Below are positions 33,241-40,965 of a stretch of 40,965 nucleotides of DNA, piece by piece. Position 1 is the first letter of the stretch; each line of letters begins with the position of its first letter. The translations under genes were made by a program, and so were the position numbers. The notes beneath the pieces are model-generated. The model was given only the letters and a program-made list of their open reading frames with translations, did not search any database and was not told the DNA's origin. This stretch comes from Gemmatimonadota bacterium (GTDB taxonomy: Bacteria > Gemmatimonadota > Gemmatimonadetes > Gemmatimonadales > GWC2-71-9). The DNA lies in contig QHUC01000113.1 of the NCBI GenBank assembly GCA_003221045.1, forward strand, positions 1 through 40,965, given 5' to 3'.

Positions 33241-34701
33241 ATGCGACGGCTCGGTTCGATCTTGGCGGCACTCGTGCTGGCGGGGTGTGGGGGTGGGTTA
33301 CGAGATGCGTTTTCGGCGCACGCCGAGGTCGCCGGCACCGCCGCGGGTCAGACGCTCTCGGTCGAGCGGCTCGCCACGCTCGTGGGGAAGGCGCAGCGCA
33401 TCCCGCTCCGCCCGGACGTGCTGACCGGCGTCGCGAACGTATACCTGGACTACGCCGTGCTCGCGACGGCGCTCGGGCACGGACGCAACCTGCACGACTC
33501 CTCGCTCGTCCTCGCCGCGGAATGGCCGCTCGTCGCGCAGCTCAAATGGGAGCAGTATCACGCCCGCCTCCTCACCGCGCGGGGCAAGCTCACGCCGGCG
33601 CAGGCCGACTCCGCGTTCAACGAGGGGTCGGTGCGGCTGTTCCAGCACATCCTGGTCCGGGTCCCGCCGAGCGCGGCCCCGATCGTGGGGCAGCAGAAAC
33701 TGAAGGAGATCGCCGGAATCCTGCGTCAGGCTGCCACGCAGCGCGGGTTCAATTTCGGGCAGCTGGCCAAGCGCTATTCCGAAGACCCCGGCTCGAAGGT
33801 GCGGGGCGGCTACCTCCCGGCGACGCCACGCGGGCAGTTCGTGCCCGCCTTCGACAGCGCGGCCTGGACGCTGCCGCCCGGCGCGATGACCGGCATCGTC
33901 CGCACGCCGTTCGGGTTCCACATCATCCGCCGGCCGCCGCTCGCGGAGGTGCGGGACTCGTTCCGAGTGGACGTGGAGAACGCGCGCAGCGTGCGCTTCG
34001 ACTCGCTCTTTGTCGACAGCCTCGCGGTCCAGCGGAAGCTGCGGATCGAGTCCGGCGCTCCCGCCCTGGTGCGGCAGGCGGTGCCGCAGATCGTGTCGGC
34101 TCGGGAAGACAAGCGGCCGCTCGCGTCGTTCACCGGAGGCGCCTTCCGGGTGAAAGATCTCGCGCGCTGGCTCCTGGCGCTCGACCCCAACGACGTGCGG
34201 GGCGTGGCCACGGCGAGCGATGCCCAGCTGACGCAGTTCGTCAAGCTGCTGGCGCAGCGTGATATGCTGCTTGCCGAGGTCGACGCGGCGGGTGTGAAGC
34301 TCACCGACAAGGACTGGGGCCAGGTGCGCACCGAGCACGACTCGTCGGTCGCGCGCCTGCAGGGCCTGCTCGTCCTGACGCCGCAGTTGCTGAACGACTC
34401 GGCCGCCACGCCGGCGGCGCGGGTCCAGCTCGCCATGGCGCACGTGGACCGCTACCTCGATCAGGCGGTCACTCAGGGCACGGCGCCGTTCTACCCCGTG
34501 CCTCCGTTCCTCGCGAGCGCGCTGCGGGAGGGGACGTCGTGGTCGCTCAACCAGGCGGGGATTACCCGCGCCTACGAGGCCGCGCAGACCATGCGGGCGG
34601 CCGACTCGGCCGGCCGCCCCGCGCCGCCCACCGGTCTCAAGCGTGCTCCCGGGCCGCCGCCCATAGCGTCGCCCGGCGATTCGAAGCCGAGTCGCCCGTA
34701 G
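33241..34701 (+). CDS. PpiC-type peptidyl-prolyl cis-trans isomerase lipoprotein
   Basis: ATG 33241 follows GGAGAAGG. N-terminus MRRLGSILAALVLAGCGG has a lipobox. The parvulin domain is DPGSKVRGGYLPATPRGQFVPAFDSAAW...PFGFHIIRR. Confidence 0.75.
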   Translation: MRRLGSILAALVLAGCGGGLRDAFSAHAEVAGTAAGQTLSVERLATLVGKAQRIPLRPDVLTGVANVYLDYAVLATALGHGRNLHDSSLVLAAEWPLVAQLKWEQYHARLLTARGKLTPAQADSAFNEGSVRLFQHILVRVPPSAAPIVGQQKLKEIAGILRQAATQRGFNFGQLAKRYSEDPGSKVRGGYLPATPRGQFVPAFDSAAWTLPPGAMTGIVRTPFGFHIIRRPPLAEVRDSFRVDVENARSVRFDSLFVDSLAVQRKLRIESGAPALVRQAVPQIVSAREDKRPLASFTGGAFRVKDLARWLLALDPNDVRGVATASDAQLTQFVKLLAQRDMLLAEVDAAGVKLTDKDWGQVRTEHDSSVARLQGLLVLTPQLLNDSAATPAARVQLAMAHVDRYLDQAVTQGTAPFYPVPPFLASALREGTSWSLNQAGITRAYEAAQTMRAADSAGRPAPPTGLKRAPGPPPIASPGDSKPSRP

Positions 34702-36024
34702 ATGCGCGCCCTCGCGCTGCCGATCGTCTGGTCGGGGCTCGCCGCCCTCGTCGGACCCCTCGCGGCCGCACAGGGACGGGCCGCGATGGACCGCCCCGTG
34801 GACCGGATCGTGGCCGTCGTGGGTGCGAAGCCGATCCTCGCGTCGCAGGTCGAGGAGCAGCTGGTGCTGGCGCAGTCGCAGGGAGCAAAGATGCCGGAAG
34901 ACTCGGCCGGCCGTGACGCGGCGCGCCGGCAGATCCTTTCGCAGATGGTCGACGAGGAGCTAATCGTGCAGCAGGCGGAGCGCGACACGACCATCAAGGT
35001 GACCGAGCAGGAAGTGCAGGATGCGGTCGAGCAGACGGTGCAGAACGTCCGGAAGCAATTCACGTCGATCACGGAGTTCAAGGCTCAGCTGCGGGCGGCC
35101 GGCTTCGTGTCGGAGGAGGAGTGGCGCCGCTGGCTCGCGGACCAGCAGCGCCGCTCCATCCTGCAGCAGCGGTTGATCGAGGACTTGAAGCAGAAGGGGA
35201 AGCTGCGCCCGATCCCGCCCACCGACGCCGAGATGCGGCAGTTCTGGGAAGCGAATCGGGCGCAGCAGCCCAAGCGGCCGGCGGCGATTTCGTTCCGCCA
35301 GATCGTGATCGTGCCGAAGCCCGACTCGGCGGCGGACGTCCGCGCGCTGCAGCTCGCGGAGTCGTTGGTCGTCGTGTTGCGGCGGGGCGCGAGCTTCCGG
35401 GAGGTCGCCAAGAAATTCTCCGCCGACAGCGCCTCGCGAGAGCAAGGCGGCGAGCTCGGGTGGTTCCGTCGCGGTGTGATGGTGAAGCAGTTCGAAGACG
35501 TCGCGTTTCGGCTCAAGCCGGGAACCATCTCGGACGTGGTGCGGACCGAGTTCGGGTTCCACATCATTCAGGTGGAGCGCGCCCAGCCGGCGGAGATCCT
35601 CGCCCGCCATATTCTCATTCAGCCGACCATCTCACCCGCGCAGATCGCCATCGCGAAAACCAAGGCCGACTCGGTGCACGACGCCTTGACGCATGGCGCG
35701 GCGTTCGATTCCCTGGCGCGCCGCTACGCGGACCCCAACGAGCCGAAGCTGGCGGACGCGCTCCCCGTGTCCCAGCTGCCGCCCGATTATGTGAGTGCGA
35801 TCGGCAACGACAGCACGCCGGGGCTGAAGCCGGTGTTTGAAGTCGGGGCGGGGACGTCCCGGCCACGATTCGTGGTGTTCGAACTGACGAAGCGCCTCCC
35901 CGAAGGCGAGCTGTCGTTCGACGAGGTGAAAGACCGGATCAAGGACGCCCTGGGCCAGCAGCTCGCGATCAAGCATTACTTGGACTTGCTCCGCCGCATG
36001 ACCTACGTCGACGTTCGCTTCTAG
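34702..36024 (+). CDS. surA: SurA-like periplasmic chaperone / parvulin-type PPIase
   Basis: Signal peptide, then a SurA N-domain-like region (VDRIVAVVGAKPILASQV), then a parvulin domain GGELGWFRRGVMVKQFEDVAF...EFGFHIIQVER. It lies directly upstream of pdxA, as in the E. coli surA-pdxA arrangement. Confidence 0.78.
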   Translation: MRALALPIVWSGLAALVGPLAAAQGRAAMDRPVDRIVAVVGAKPILASQVEEQLVLAQSQGAKMPEDSAGRDAARRQILSQMVDEELIVQQAERDTTIKVTEQEVQDAVEQTVQNVRKQFTSITEFKAQLRAAGFVSEEEWRRWLADQQRRSILQQRLIEDLKQKGKLRPIPPTDAEMRQFWEANRAQQPKRPAAISFRQIVIVPKPDSAADVRALQLAESLVVVLRRGASFREVAKKFSADSASREQGGELGWFRRGVMVKQFEDVAFRLKPGTISDVVRTEFGFHIIQVERAQPAEILARHILIQPTISPAQIAIAKTKADSVHDALTHGAAFDSLARRYADPNEPKLADALPVSQLPPDYVSAIGNDSTPGLKPVFEVGAGTSRPRFVVFELTKRLPEGELSFDEVKDRIKDALGQQLAIKHYLDLLRRMTYVDVRF

Positions 36025-36028
36025 TCGT

Positions 36029-36752
36029 ATGGCGCGCCGGTCCCCTCCCCGGCTCGCGGTCACGCTGGGCGACCCGCGCGGAATCGGGCCGGAAGTGATC
36101 GGCGGGCGAGGTCGACGCCATCGTCACCGGACCGGTCGAGAAGCACGCGCTGCACCTCGCCGGCTTCCGTTATCCCGGGCTCACCGAGCTCCTGTCCCAT
36201 CTCGCCGGCGACGTAGAGGTCGCGATGATGCTCGCGACCGGGTCGCTGCGTGTGGTACTCGTCACCACGCACATCCCGCTCAAGGAGGTCCCCGCACAGG
36301 TCACGACGGAGCGGGTGGTGTGCTGCGGTCGGCTGGCCGAGCGCGCCCTGCGTGACTGGTGGGGAACGCCCTCGCCCCGGCTCGCCGTGTGCGCCCTGAA
36401 TCCGCATGCCGGCGAATCAGGCCTGTTCGGCGACGAGGACGAGCGCGTGCTGGCGCCCGCGGCCCGGACGCTTGGTGCCGTGGGTCCCGTGCCAGCGGAC
36501 ACGGTGTTCGTGCGCGCCTTGAGAGGCGAATTCGACGCCGTGATCACGCCGTACCACGACGTCGGCATGACGGCCGTGAAGGTGGCGGGGTTCGGCAAAG
36601 GCGTGAACGTGACGTTGGGATTGCCGTTCCCGCGGGTGGCCCCGGACCACGGAACGGCCTTCGATATCGCTGGCCGCGGCGTGGCCGACCCGAGCTCGAT
36701 GCGCGCGGCCCTCGAGCTCGCCGCCGACCTGGCCCGGCGCGTCCGCCGCTAG
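36029..36752 (+). pseudogene. pdxA: 4-hydroxythreonine-4-phosphate dehydrogenase (PdxA) with an internal deletion and a frameshift
   Basis: Frame 1 reads MARRSPPRLAVTLGDPRGIGPEVI (36029-36098). A second frame resumes at about 36099 with SAGEVDAIVTGPVEKHAL...NPHAGE...YHDVG...GLPFPRVAPDHGTAFDIAG. About 85-90 residues that lie between these two motifs in E. coli PdxA (from memory) are absent. Confidence 0.85.
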
Positions 36753-38089
36753 GCCTCGCTACCGGTCGCCGCGCGCCGGACGACCCGCACGGCACCCACC
36801 CGGCGCCCCTCCATCTCCACGATCTCGAATAGAGCGCCCTTCACGGCCACCTGATCGCCCGGCTTGGGCAGCCGGCCCAGGGCGCCGAACAAGAAGCCAC
36901 CGATGGTCGTGTAGTCTTGCTCGTCCAGCTCCAGCCCGAACGCGACGTTGACTTCCCGGATCGGGGTCGAGCCCGTGATGACCGGCGCCGTGCCCGCGGG
37001 CGGTGTGGGGCGCGAGTCGCCACTCGGCCGGTCGTACTCGTCGTAGATCTGGCCGACGATCTCCTCGAGCAGGTCCTCCATGGTCACGAGCCCGGCGGTG
37101 CCGCCGAACTCGTCGAGCACGATGGCGAGGTGAATCTTCTGCCGCTTCATGTCGGCGAGCACGTCCTCCACTTCGCGCGTGCCCGGAACGAACATGGCCG
37201 GGCGGAGCACCGCGCGCAGGCCGCCTCCCTTCAGCGAGCGCAGCCCGGCCAGGATGTCCTTCGCGTGCACGACGCCCAGGATGTCGTCCAGGGATTCCCC
37301 GTAGACGGGATAGCGCGAGCGGCCGGCGACCGCCACCTGATCGGCGGCCTCCTCGAGCGTCAGGTCCACCGGCAGCGCCACCATCTCGGTGCGCGGCGTC
37401 ATCACCTCGCGCGCCGACTTCTCGCTGAACTCGAACACCCCCTGGAGCAGGAGGGCGTCGTCCGCGTCGAGCTTACCCCGCTCCTGGCTCTGCTTGACCA
37501 GCATGCGGATTTCTTCCGGCGAGTGAATCCGCTCGAGCTCGGCGGTGGTGCCTCTCAGGCCGAGGAGGCGGACCACGCGATGGGCGCTCCAGTTGAGGAG
37601 GTCCGTGAACGGACGGGTGATCCGCGAGAAGAAGATGAGTGGCGCGGCGATCCAGCGGCTGGTGCGCTCGGGGTGAGTGATCGCCCAGGCCTTGGGCGCC
37701 TGCTCGCCGAACACCACGTGGAGGAACGAGACGACGGCCACCGCCACCGTCGACGCCACGCCGCCGCGGGTGAGAAACTGGAGCGCCGATGGCAGGGCGG
37801 CGAACCAGTCGCGGAACAGGTGCGCGACCGTGTCCTCCGCCACGTAGCCGAGCAGGATCGACGCGACCGTGATGCCGAGCTGCGCGGCGGAGAGCTGCCG
37901 ATAGAGATCCTGCAGCGCGGTCTGCACTGTACGCGCCCGCCGGTCGCCGCGCCGGACCATCGCCTCGATGCGGGTGCGGCGGGCGGCGACGAGCGCGAAC
38001 TCCGCGGCGACGAAGAACGCGTTCGCCAACACGAGCATCACGACGGCCAACAGGCGGAAACCCAGCGATTCCGAGGCGGGATCGGGCAT
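36749..38089 (-). CDS. CNNM/TlyC-family transporter (DUF21, CBS pair, CorC_HlyC)
   Basis: Start at the internal ATG 38089 (MPDPASESLGFRLLAVVMLVLANAFFVAAEFALV is the DUF21 start). CBS region is VMTPRTEMVALP. The CorC_HlyC end is ...FEIVEMEGRRVGAVRV. Confidence 0.9.
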   Translation of the reverse strand: MPDPASESLGFRLLAVVMLVLANAFFVAAEFALVAARRTRIEAMVRRGDRRARTVQTALQDLYRQLSAAQLGITVASILLGYVAEDTVAHLFRDWFAALPSALQFLTRGGVASTVAVAVVSFLHVVFGEQAPKAWAITHPERTSRWIAAPLIFFSRITRPFTDLLNWSAHRVVRLLGLRGTTAELERIHSPEEIRMLVKQSQERGKLDADDALLLQGVFEFSEKSAREVMTPRTEMVALPVDLTLEEAADQVAVAGRSRYPVYGESLDDILGVVHAKDILAGLRSLKGGGLRAVLRPAMFVPGTREVEDVLADMKRQKIHLAIVLDEFGGTAGLVTMEDLLEEIVGQIYDEYDRPSGDSRPTPPAGTAPVITGSTPIREVNVAFGLELDEQDYTTIGGFLFGALGRLPKPGDQVAVKGALFEIVEMEGRRVGAVRVVRRAATGSEA

Positions 38090-38165
38090 AGAGGCCGGAA
38101 CATAGGGCGTGTTGCCCGGTGGCGGAACGGGCACGTTATTATGTGAGGAGGAGGATGAGAAACCG

Positions 38166-39062
38166 GTGAGCGCCACGCTGCCAATCGACGTCCAGTGTAC
38201 GCATCGGGCACCGTTCCGTGCCGAGAGCCGGCGGCGGCTTCGGACGGTGCTCGCGATCACGGCAGGCGTCATGGTCGCTGAGGTGCTGGGCGGCTGGCTG
38301 GCGCACTCGCTGGCGCTCCTCGCCGACGCGGGTCACATGCTGGCGGACGTGGGGGCGCTCGGTCTCTCGCTGGTGGTCGCGTCGCTCGCGCAACGGCCCG
38401 TGACCGCGGAGCGGACCTTCGGGCTGATGCGCCTCGAAATCCTCGCGGCGCTCGTCAACGGCGCCGCGCTGATCGTCATCTCCCTCGGCGTGGCCGTCGA
38501 GGCGTTTCACCGGTTGCGCACGCCGGCGCCGGTAGACGGCGTGCTCTTGCTCACGATCGCGGGCGTGGGGCTCGTGGCCAATGCGGCGGGCGCCGCGATC
38601 CTGCACCGCGGGCACGACCACTCCCTCAACCAACGTAGCGCCTATCTCCACATCCTGAGCGATCTCCTGGGCTCGGTCGGCGCCGTGGCGGCGGGCGTGA
38701 TCATCCTCGCCACCGGGTGGGTCCGGGTGGATCCGCTTATTTCACTCCTGATCTCGCTCCTGATCCTCGGGAGCGCGTGGCGGCTGGTGAAGGAGAGCAC
38801 CGACGTGCTGCTCGAGGCGGCGCCCGCGCACATCGCCCTGTCGGACGTGCACGACTGCATCGCCTCCATCCCGGGCGTCGCGTCCGTCCACGACCTGCAC
38901 GTGTGGACCGTGACGAGCGGCGTGATCGCGATGAGCGGGCACCTCGTGGTGCAGAACCCGGCGGATAATCAGCGGGTGCTCGAGGCCGTGCAGGCCCGGC
39001 TCGGGACCCTGGGGATCGGACATGTGACGGTCCAGATGGAGCGGGATCCGACCTGCGAATAA
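38166..39062 (+). CDS. Cation diffusion facilitator family transporter (CzcD/ZitB-like)
   Basis: Contains HSLALLADAGHMLADV, RTFGLMRLEILAALVNG, HILSDLLGSVG and VHDLHVWT. I prefer GTG 38166 (GGAGGAGGA upstream) over track start 38109, which lies only 19 nt from the divergent gene's start. Confidence 0.88.
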   Translation: MSATLPIDVQCTHRAPFRAESRRRLRTVLAITAGVMVAEVLGGWLAHSLALLADAGHMLADVGALGLSLVVASLAQRPVTAERTFGLMRLEILAALVNGAALIVISLGVAVEAFHRLRTPAPVDGVLLLTIAGVGLVANAAGAAILHRGHDHSLNQRSAYLHILSDLLGSVGAVAAGVIILATGWVRVDPLISLLISLLILGSAWRLVKESTDVLLEAAPAHIALSDVHDCIASIPGVASVHDLHVWTVTSGVIAMSGHLVVQNPADNQRVLEAVQARLGTLGIGHVTVQMERDPTCE

Positions 39063-39063
39063 C

Positions 39064-39146
39064 GGGCGGCACAGGCCGCAATGGGCGGCAATGGTCGTGC
39101 CGCCCCTGCCGCCCTTGCTGCCGTTGCCGCTTGTTGCCGCCCTTTT
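39064..39146 (+). terminator. Structured terminator region: nested GC hairpins built from GGGCGGCA/TGCCGCCC repeats, the last followed by TTTT
   Basis: GGGCGGCA at 39064 and 39083. TGCCGCCC at 39098, 39107 and 39135. The pairs 39083-90 with 39098-105 and 39064-71 with 39107-14 can nest. The third TGCCGCCC is followed by TTTTGG (39143-). Confidence 0.5.
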
Positions 39147-39160
39147 GGTGATGGATTGCC

Positions 39161-39189
39161 TTGTCTTTTCCGAGCGTCCCTCCTATACT
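39161..39189 (+). promoter_or_regulatory. Sigma70-like promoter candidate for typA
   Basis: TTGTCT (39161-66), a 17-nt spacer, then TATACT (39184-89), about 52 nt upstream of the TTG start at 39242, in an unusually AT-rich stretch. Confidence 0.45.
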
Positions 39190-39241
39190 GCGCCCCTCAC
39201 AGATTGCACCGCTCATATAGCCACCGTTAGGACCTACCCCC

Positions 39242-40965
39242 TTGCAGATCCGCAACATCGCCATCATCGCCCACGTCGACCATGGGAAGACCACATTGGT
39301 TGACCAGATGCTCCGCCAGGCGGGGGTGTTTCGCGCCAACCAGCAGGTGGGCGAGCGCGTGATGGACTCGAACCCGCTCGAGCGCGAGCGGGGCATCACG
39401 ATCCTGTCGAAAAACACGGCGGTGCGCTGGGGCGATACCAAGGTCAACATCGTGGACACGCCGGGCCACGCCGACTTCGGTGGCGAGGTGGAGCGCATTC
39501 TCCGAATGGTGGACGGGTTCCTGCTGTTGGTAGACGCGGCCGAAGGGCCGATGCCGCAGACCAAGTTCGTGGCCGGCAAGGCGTTGGCGTTGGGACTGCG
39601 GCCGATCGTGCTGGTGAACAAGATCGACCGCCAGGACGCGGAGCCGCTGCGCGTGCACGACGAGGTGCTGGAGCTGTTCCTGGACCTCGAGGCGACGCCC
39701 GAGCAGTTCAACTGCCCTTTCCTCTATACATCGAGCCGGGCGGGCACGGCGACCTTCGATCTCAAGGTCCCCGGGACGGACCTCAAGCCCCTGTTCCAGA
39801 CCATCCTGGACACCATCCCGGCTCCGACGGCGGACCCAAGTGGGCCGTTCCAGATGCTGGTCTCGACGCTCGACTATTCCTCATATCTGGGGCGGATCGC
39901 GATCGGGCGGATCGAGCGGGGCCGGGTGCGGGTGGGGGAGACGGTGGCGTTACTTCCCCTGGGCGAGCCTGGTCCTGTGGGGGACGGCACGTACGAGCAG
40001 GCCCGGGTGGTGAAGCTGTTCTCGTTCGACGGGTTGGAGCGGGTGGAGGGGCAGGAGGCGCCCGCCGGGGACATCGTGGCCCTGGCCGGGCTCGCGGGGG
40101 TGGAGATCGGGAAGACGGTGACGGCGCCGGATTACCTAGAGCGGCTGGCCGGCATCGCGGTGGAAGAGCCCACGATCTCTGTGGACTTCAAGGTGAACGA
40201 CTCGCCGTTCGCGGGGCGCGAGGGCAAGTTCGTCACCGGCCGCCAGCTGCGCGAGCGGTTGTTTCGGGAACTCGAGAAGAACGTCGCCCTCCGGGTCGAG
40301 GAGACGGACGATCCTCAGACGTTCACGGTCTCGGGCCGGGGGGAGTTGCACCTGGGCATCCTGATGGAGACGATGCGGCGCGAGGGGTTTGAGTTTCAGG
40401 TGAGCCGGCCGCGGATCATCCCCCGGGAGGGGCCGAACGGGGAGCGCCTCGAGCCGTACGAGGAGCTGATGATCGACGCCCCGGAGGGGTACCTGGGCGT
40501 GGTGATGGAGAAGCTCGGCCCGCGCCGGGGCGAGCTCTTGGACATGCGGAACCCGGGGGTGGGCACGGTCCGCATGCGCTTCAAGATCCCCGCCCGGGGG
40601 CTGCTGGGGTACCGATCGGAGTTCTTGACGGATACCCGCGGAACGGGGATCATGCACCACCGGTTTTTCGACTACGGTCCGTGGGCGGGGCCGCTGTCGG
40701 GGCGGAGCCGGGGTGTGCTGGTGGCGGATCGGGAGGGCGTGGCGGTGGGCTACGCGCTCTTCAACCTGCAGGAGCGCGGGACGATGTTCGTGCGGCCGGG
40801 CGACCCGGTGTACGAGGGGATGATCGTGGGGGAGAACGCGCGGGTCGGGGACATCGACGTGAATCCTGCGAAGGAGAAGAAGCTCACCAACATGCGGACG
40901 ACCGCTTCGGACGAGATGATCATCCTGGAGCCGCCGCGGCAAGTGACGCTCGAGCTGGCGCTCGA
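39242..40965 (+). CDS. typA: Translational GTPase TypA/BipA, 3'-partial (runs off the right edge)
   Basis: My own translation from TTG 39242: (M)QIRNIAIIAHVDHGKTTLVDQML...DTPGHADFGGEVER...NKIDR. The frame is open to the end of the window, so it is absent from the ORF track. Confidence 0.95.
   Translation, partial: MQIRNIAIIAHVDHGKTTLVDQMLRQAGVFRANQQVGERVMDSNPLERERGITILSKNTAVRWGDTKVNIVDTPGHADFGGEVERILRMVDGFLLLVDAAEGPMPQTKFVAGKALALGLRPIVLVNKIDRQDAEPLRVHDEVLELFLDLEATPEQFNCPFLYTSSRAGTATFDLKVPGTDLKPLFQTILDTIPAPTADPSGPFQMLVSTLDYSSYLGRIAIGRIERGRVRVGETVALLPLGEPGPVGDGTYEQARVVKLFSFDGLERVEGQEAPAGDIVALAGLAGVEIGKTVTAPDYLERLAGIAVEEPTISVDFKVNDSPFAGREGKFVTGRQLRERLFRELEKNVALRVEETDDPQTFTVSGRGELHLGILMETMRREGFEFQVSRPRIIPREGPNGERLEPYEELMIDAPEGYLGVVMEKLGPRRGELLDMRNPGVGTVRMRFKIPARGLLGYRSEFLTDTRGTGIMHHRFFDYGPWAGPLSGRSRGVLVADREGVAVGYALFNLQERGTMFVRPGDPVYEGMIVGENARVGDIDVNPAKEKKLTNMRTTASDEMIILEPPRQVTLELAL

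Noticed and set aside
38112-38142. Possible promoter for the CDF transporter: TTGCCC, 18-19 nt, TTATTA/TATTAT.
   Set aside because: The spacer is long. The implied transcription start would fall inside the GGAGGAGGA Shine-Dalgarno sequence of the preferred start codon. The evidence is insufficient.

Overview
This is a very GC-rich bacterial chromosomal segment (GC judged by eye, not computed). I saw no rRNA, tRNA, CRISPR array, transposase or integrase, and I cannot assign a phylum from the sequence alone. About 36 protein-coding genes lie in long co-directional runs with many 4-nt ATGA/GTGA start-stop overlaps.

**Gene layout**
- **1-8618, minus strand:** pcm, nfo, small exported His/Cys protein B, porin-like outer-membrane protein, ZnuA-like binding protein, ZnuB-like permease, small exported His/Cys protein A, TonB-dependent receptor, lipoprotein.
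- **8650-9989, plus strand:** a frameshifted pseudo-receiver/GAF/GGDEF gene.
- **9986-23177, minus strand:** lepA, GT9 heptosyltransferase-like, ROK glucokinase, PfkB-type kinase (broken), GHKL ATPase, STAS-like protein, Cys/Met PLP enzyme with no start codon, ftsE, ftsX, M23/EnvC-like, then TetR, HlyD, ABC ATPase and ABC-2 permease (YbhGFSR-like).
- **23297-40965:** N-terminally headless rho, M28 peptidase, DUF4384-like repeat protein, DUF58 plus BatA-like pair, mfd, two PpiC/SurA-type isomerases, broken pdxA, CNNM/TlyC-type transporter, CDF transporter, typA (partial).

**Most interesting observations**
1. Two paralogous 117-codon exported proteins share a motif of the form HIE-C-H-CALC. They bracket a metal-uptake block that has no ABC ATPase.
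2. A translationally coupled PfkB / GHKL-ATPase / STAS-like triad has a last ORF separated from a start-less PLP-enzyme ORF only by an in-frame TGA.
3. An AT-rich array of 13-bp-phased ACGT units, imperfectly palindromic, sits at the ftsX/envC junction and could sequester the envC Shine-Dalgarno sequence and start codon.
4. A Rho ATPase lacks the N-terminal helix bundle and the aromatic RNA-binding residues.
5. Conserved genes are truncated or internally deleted unusually often (nfo, GGDEF, PfkB, PLP enzyme, rho, pdxA, possibly znuA). This means either real gene decay or an assembly problem.

All family assignments come from motif recognition by eye. No database search was run.
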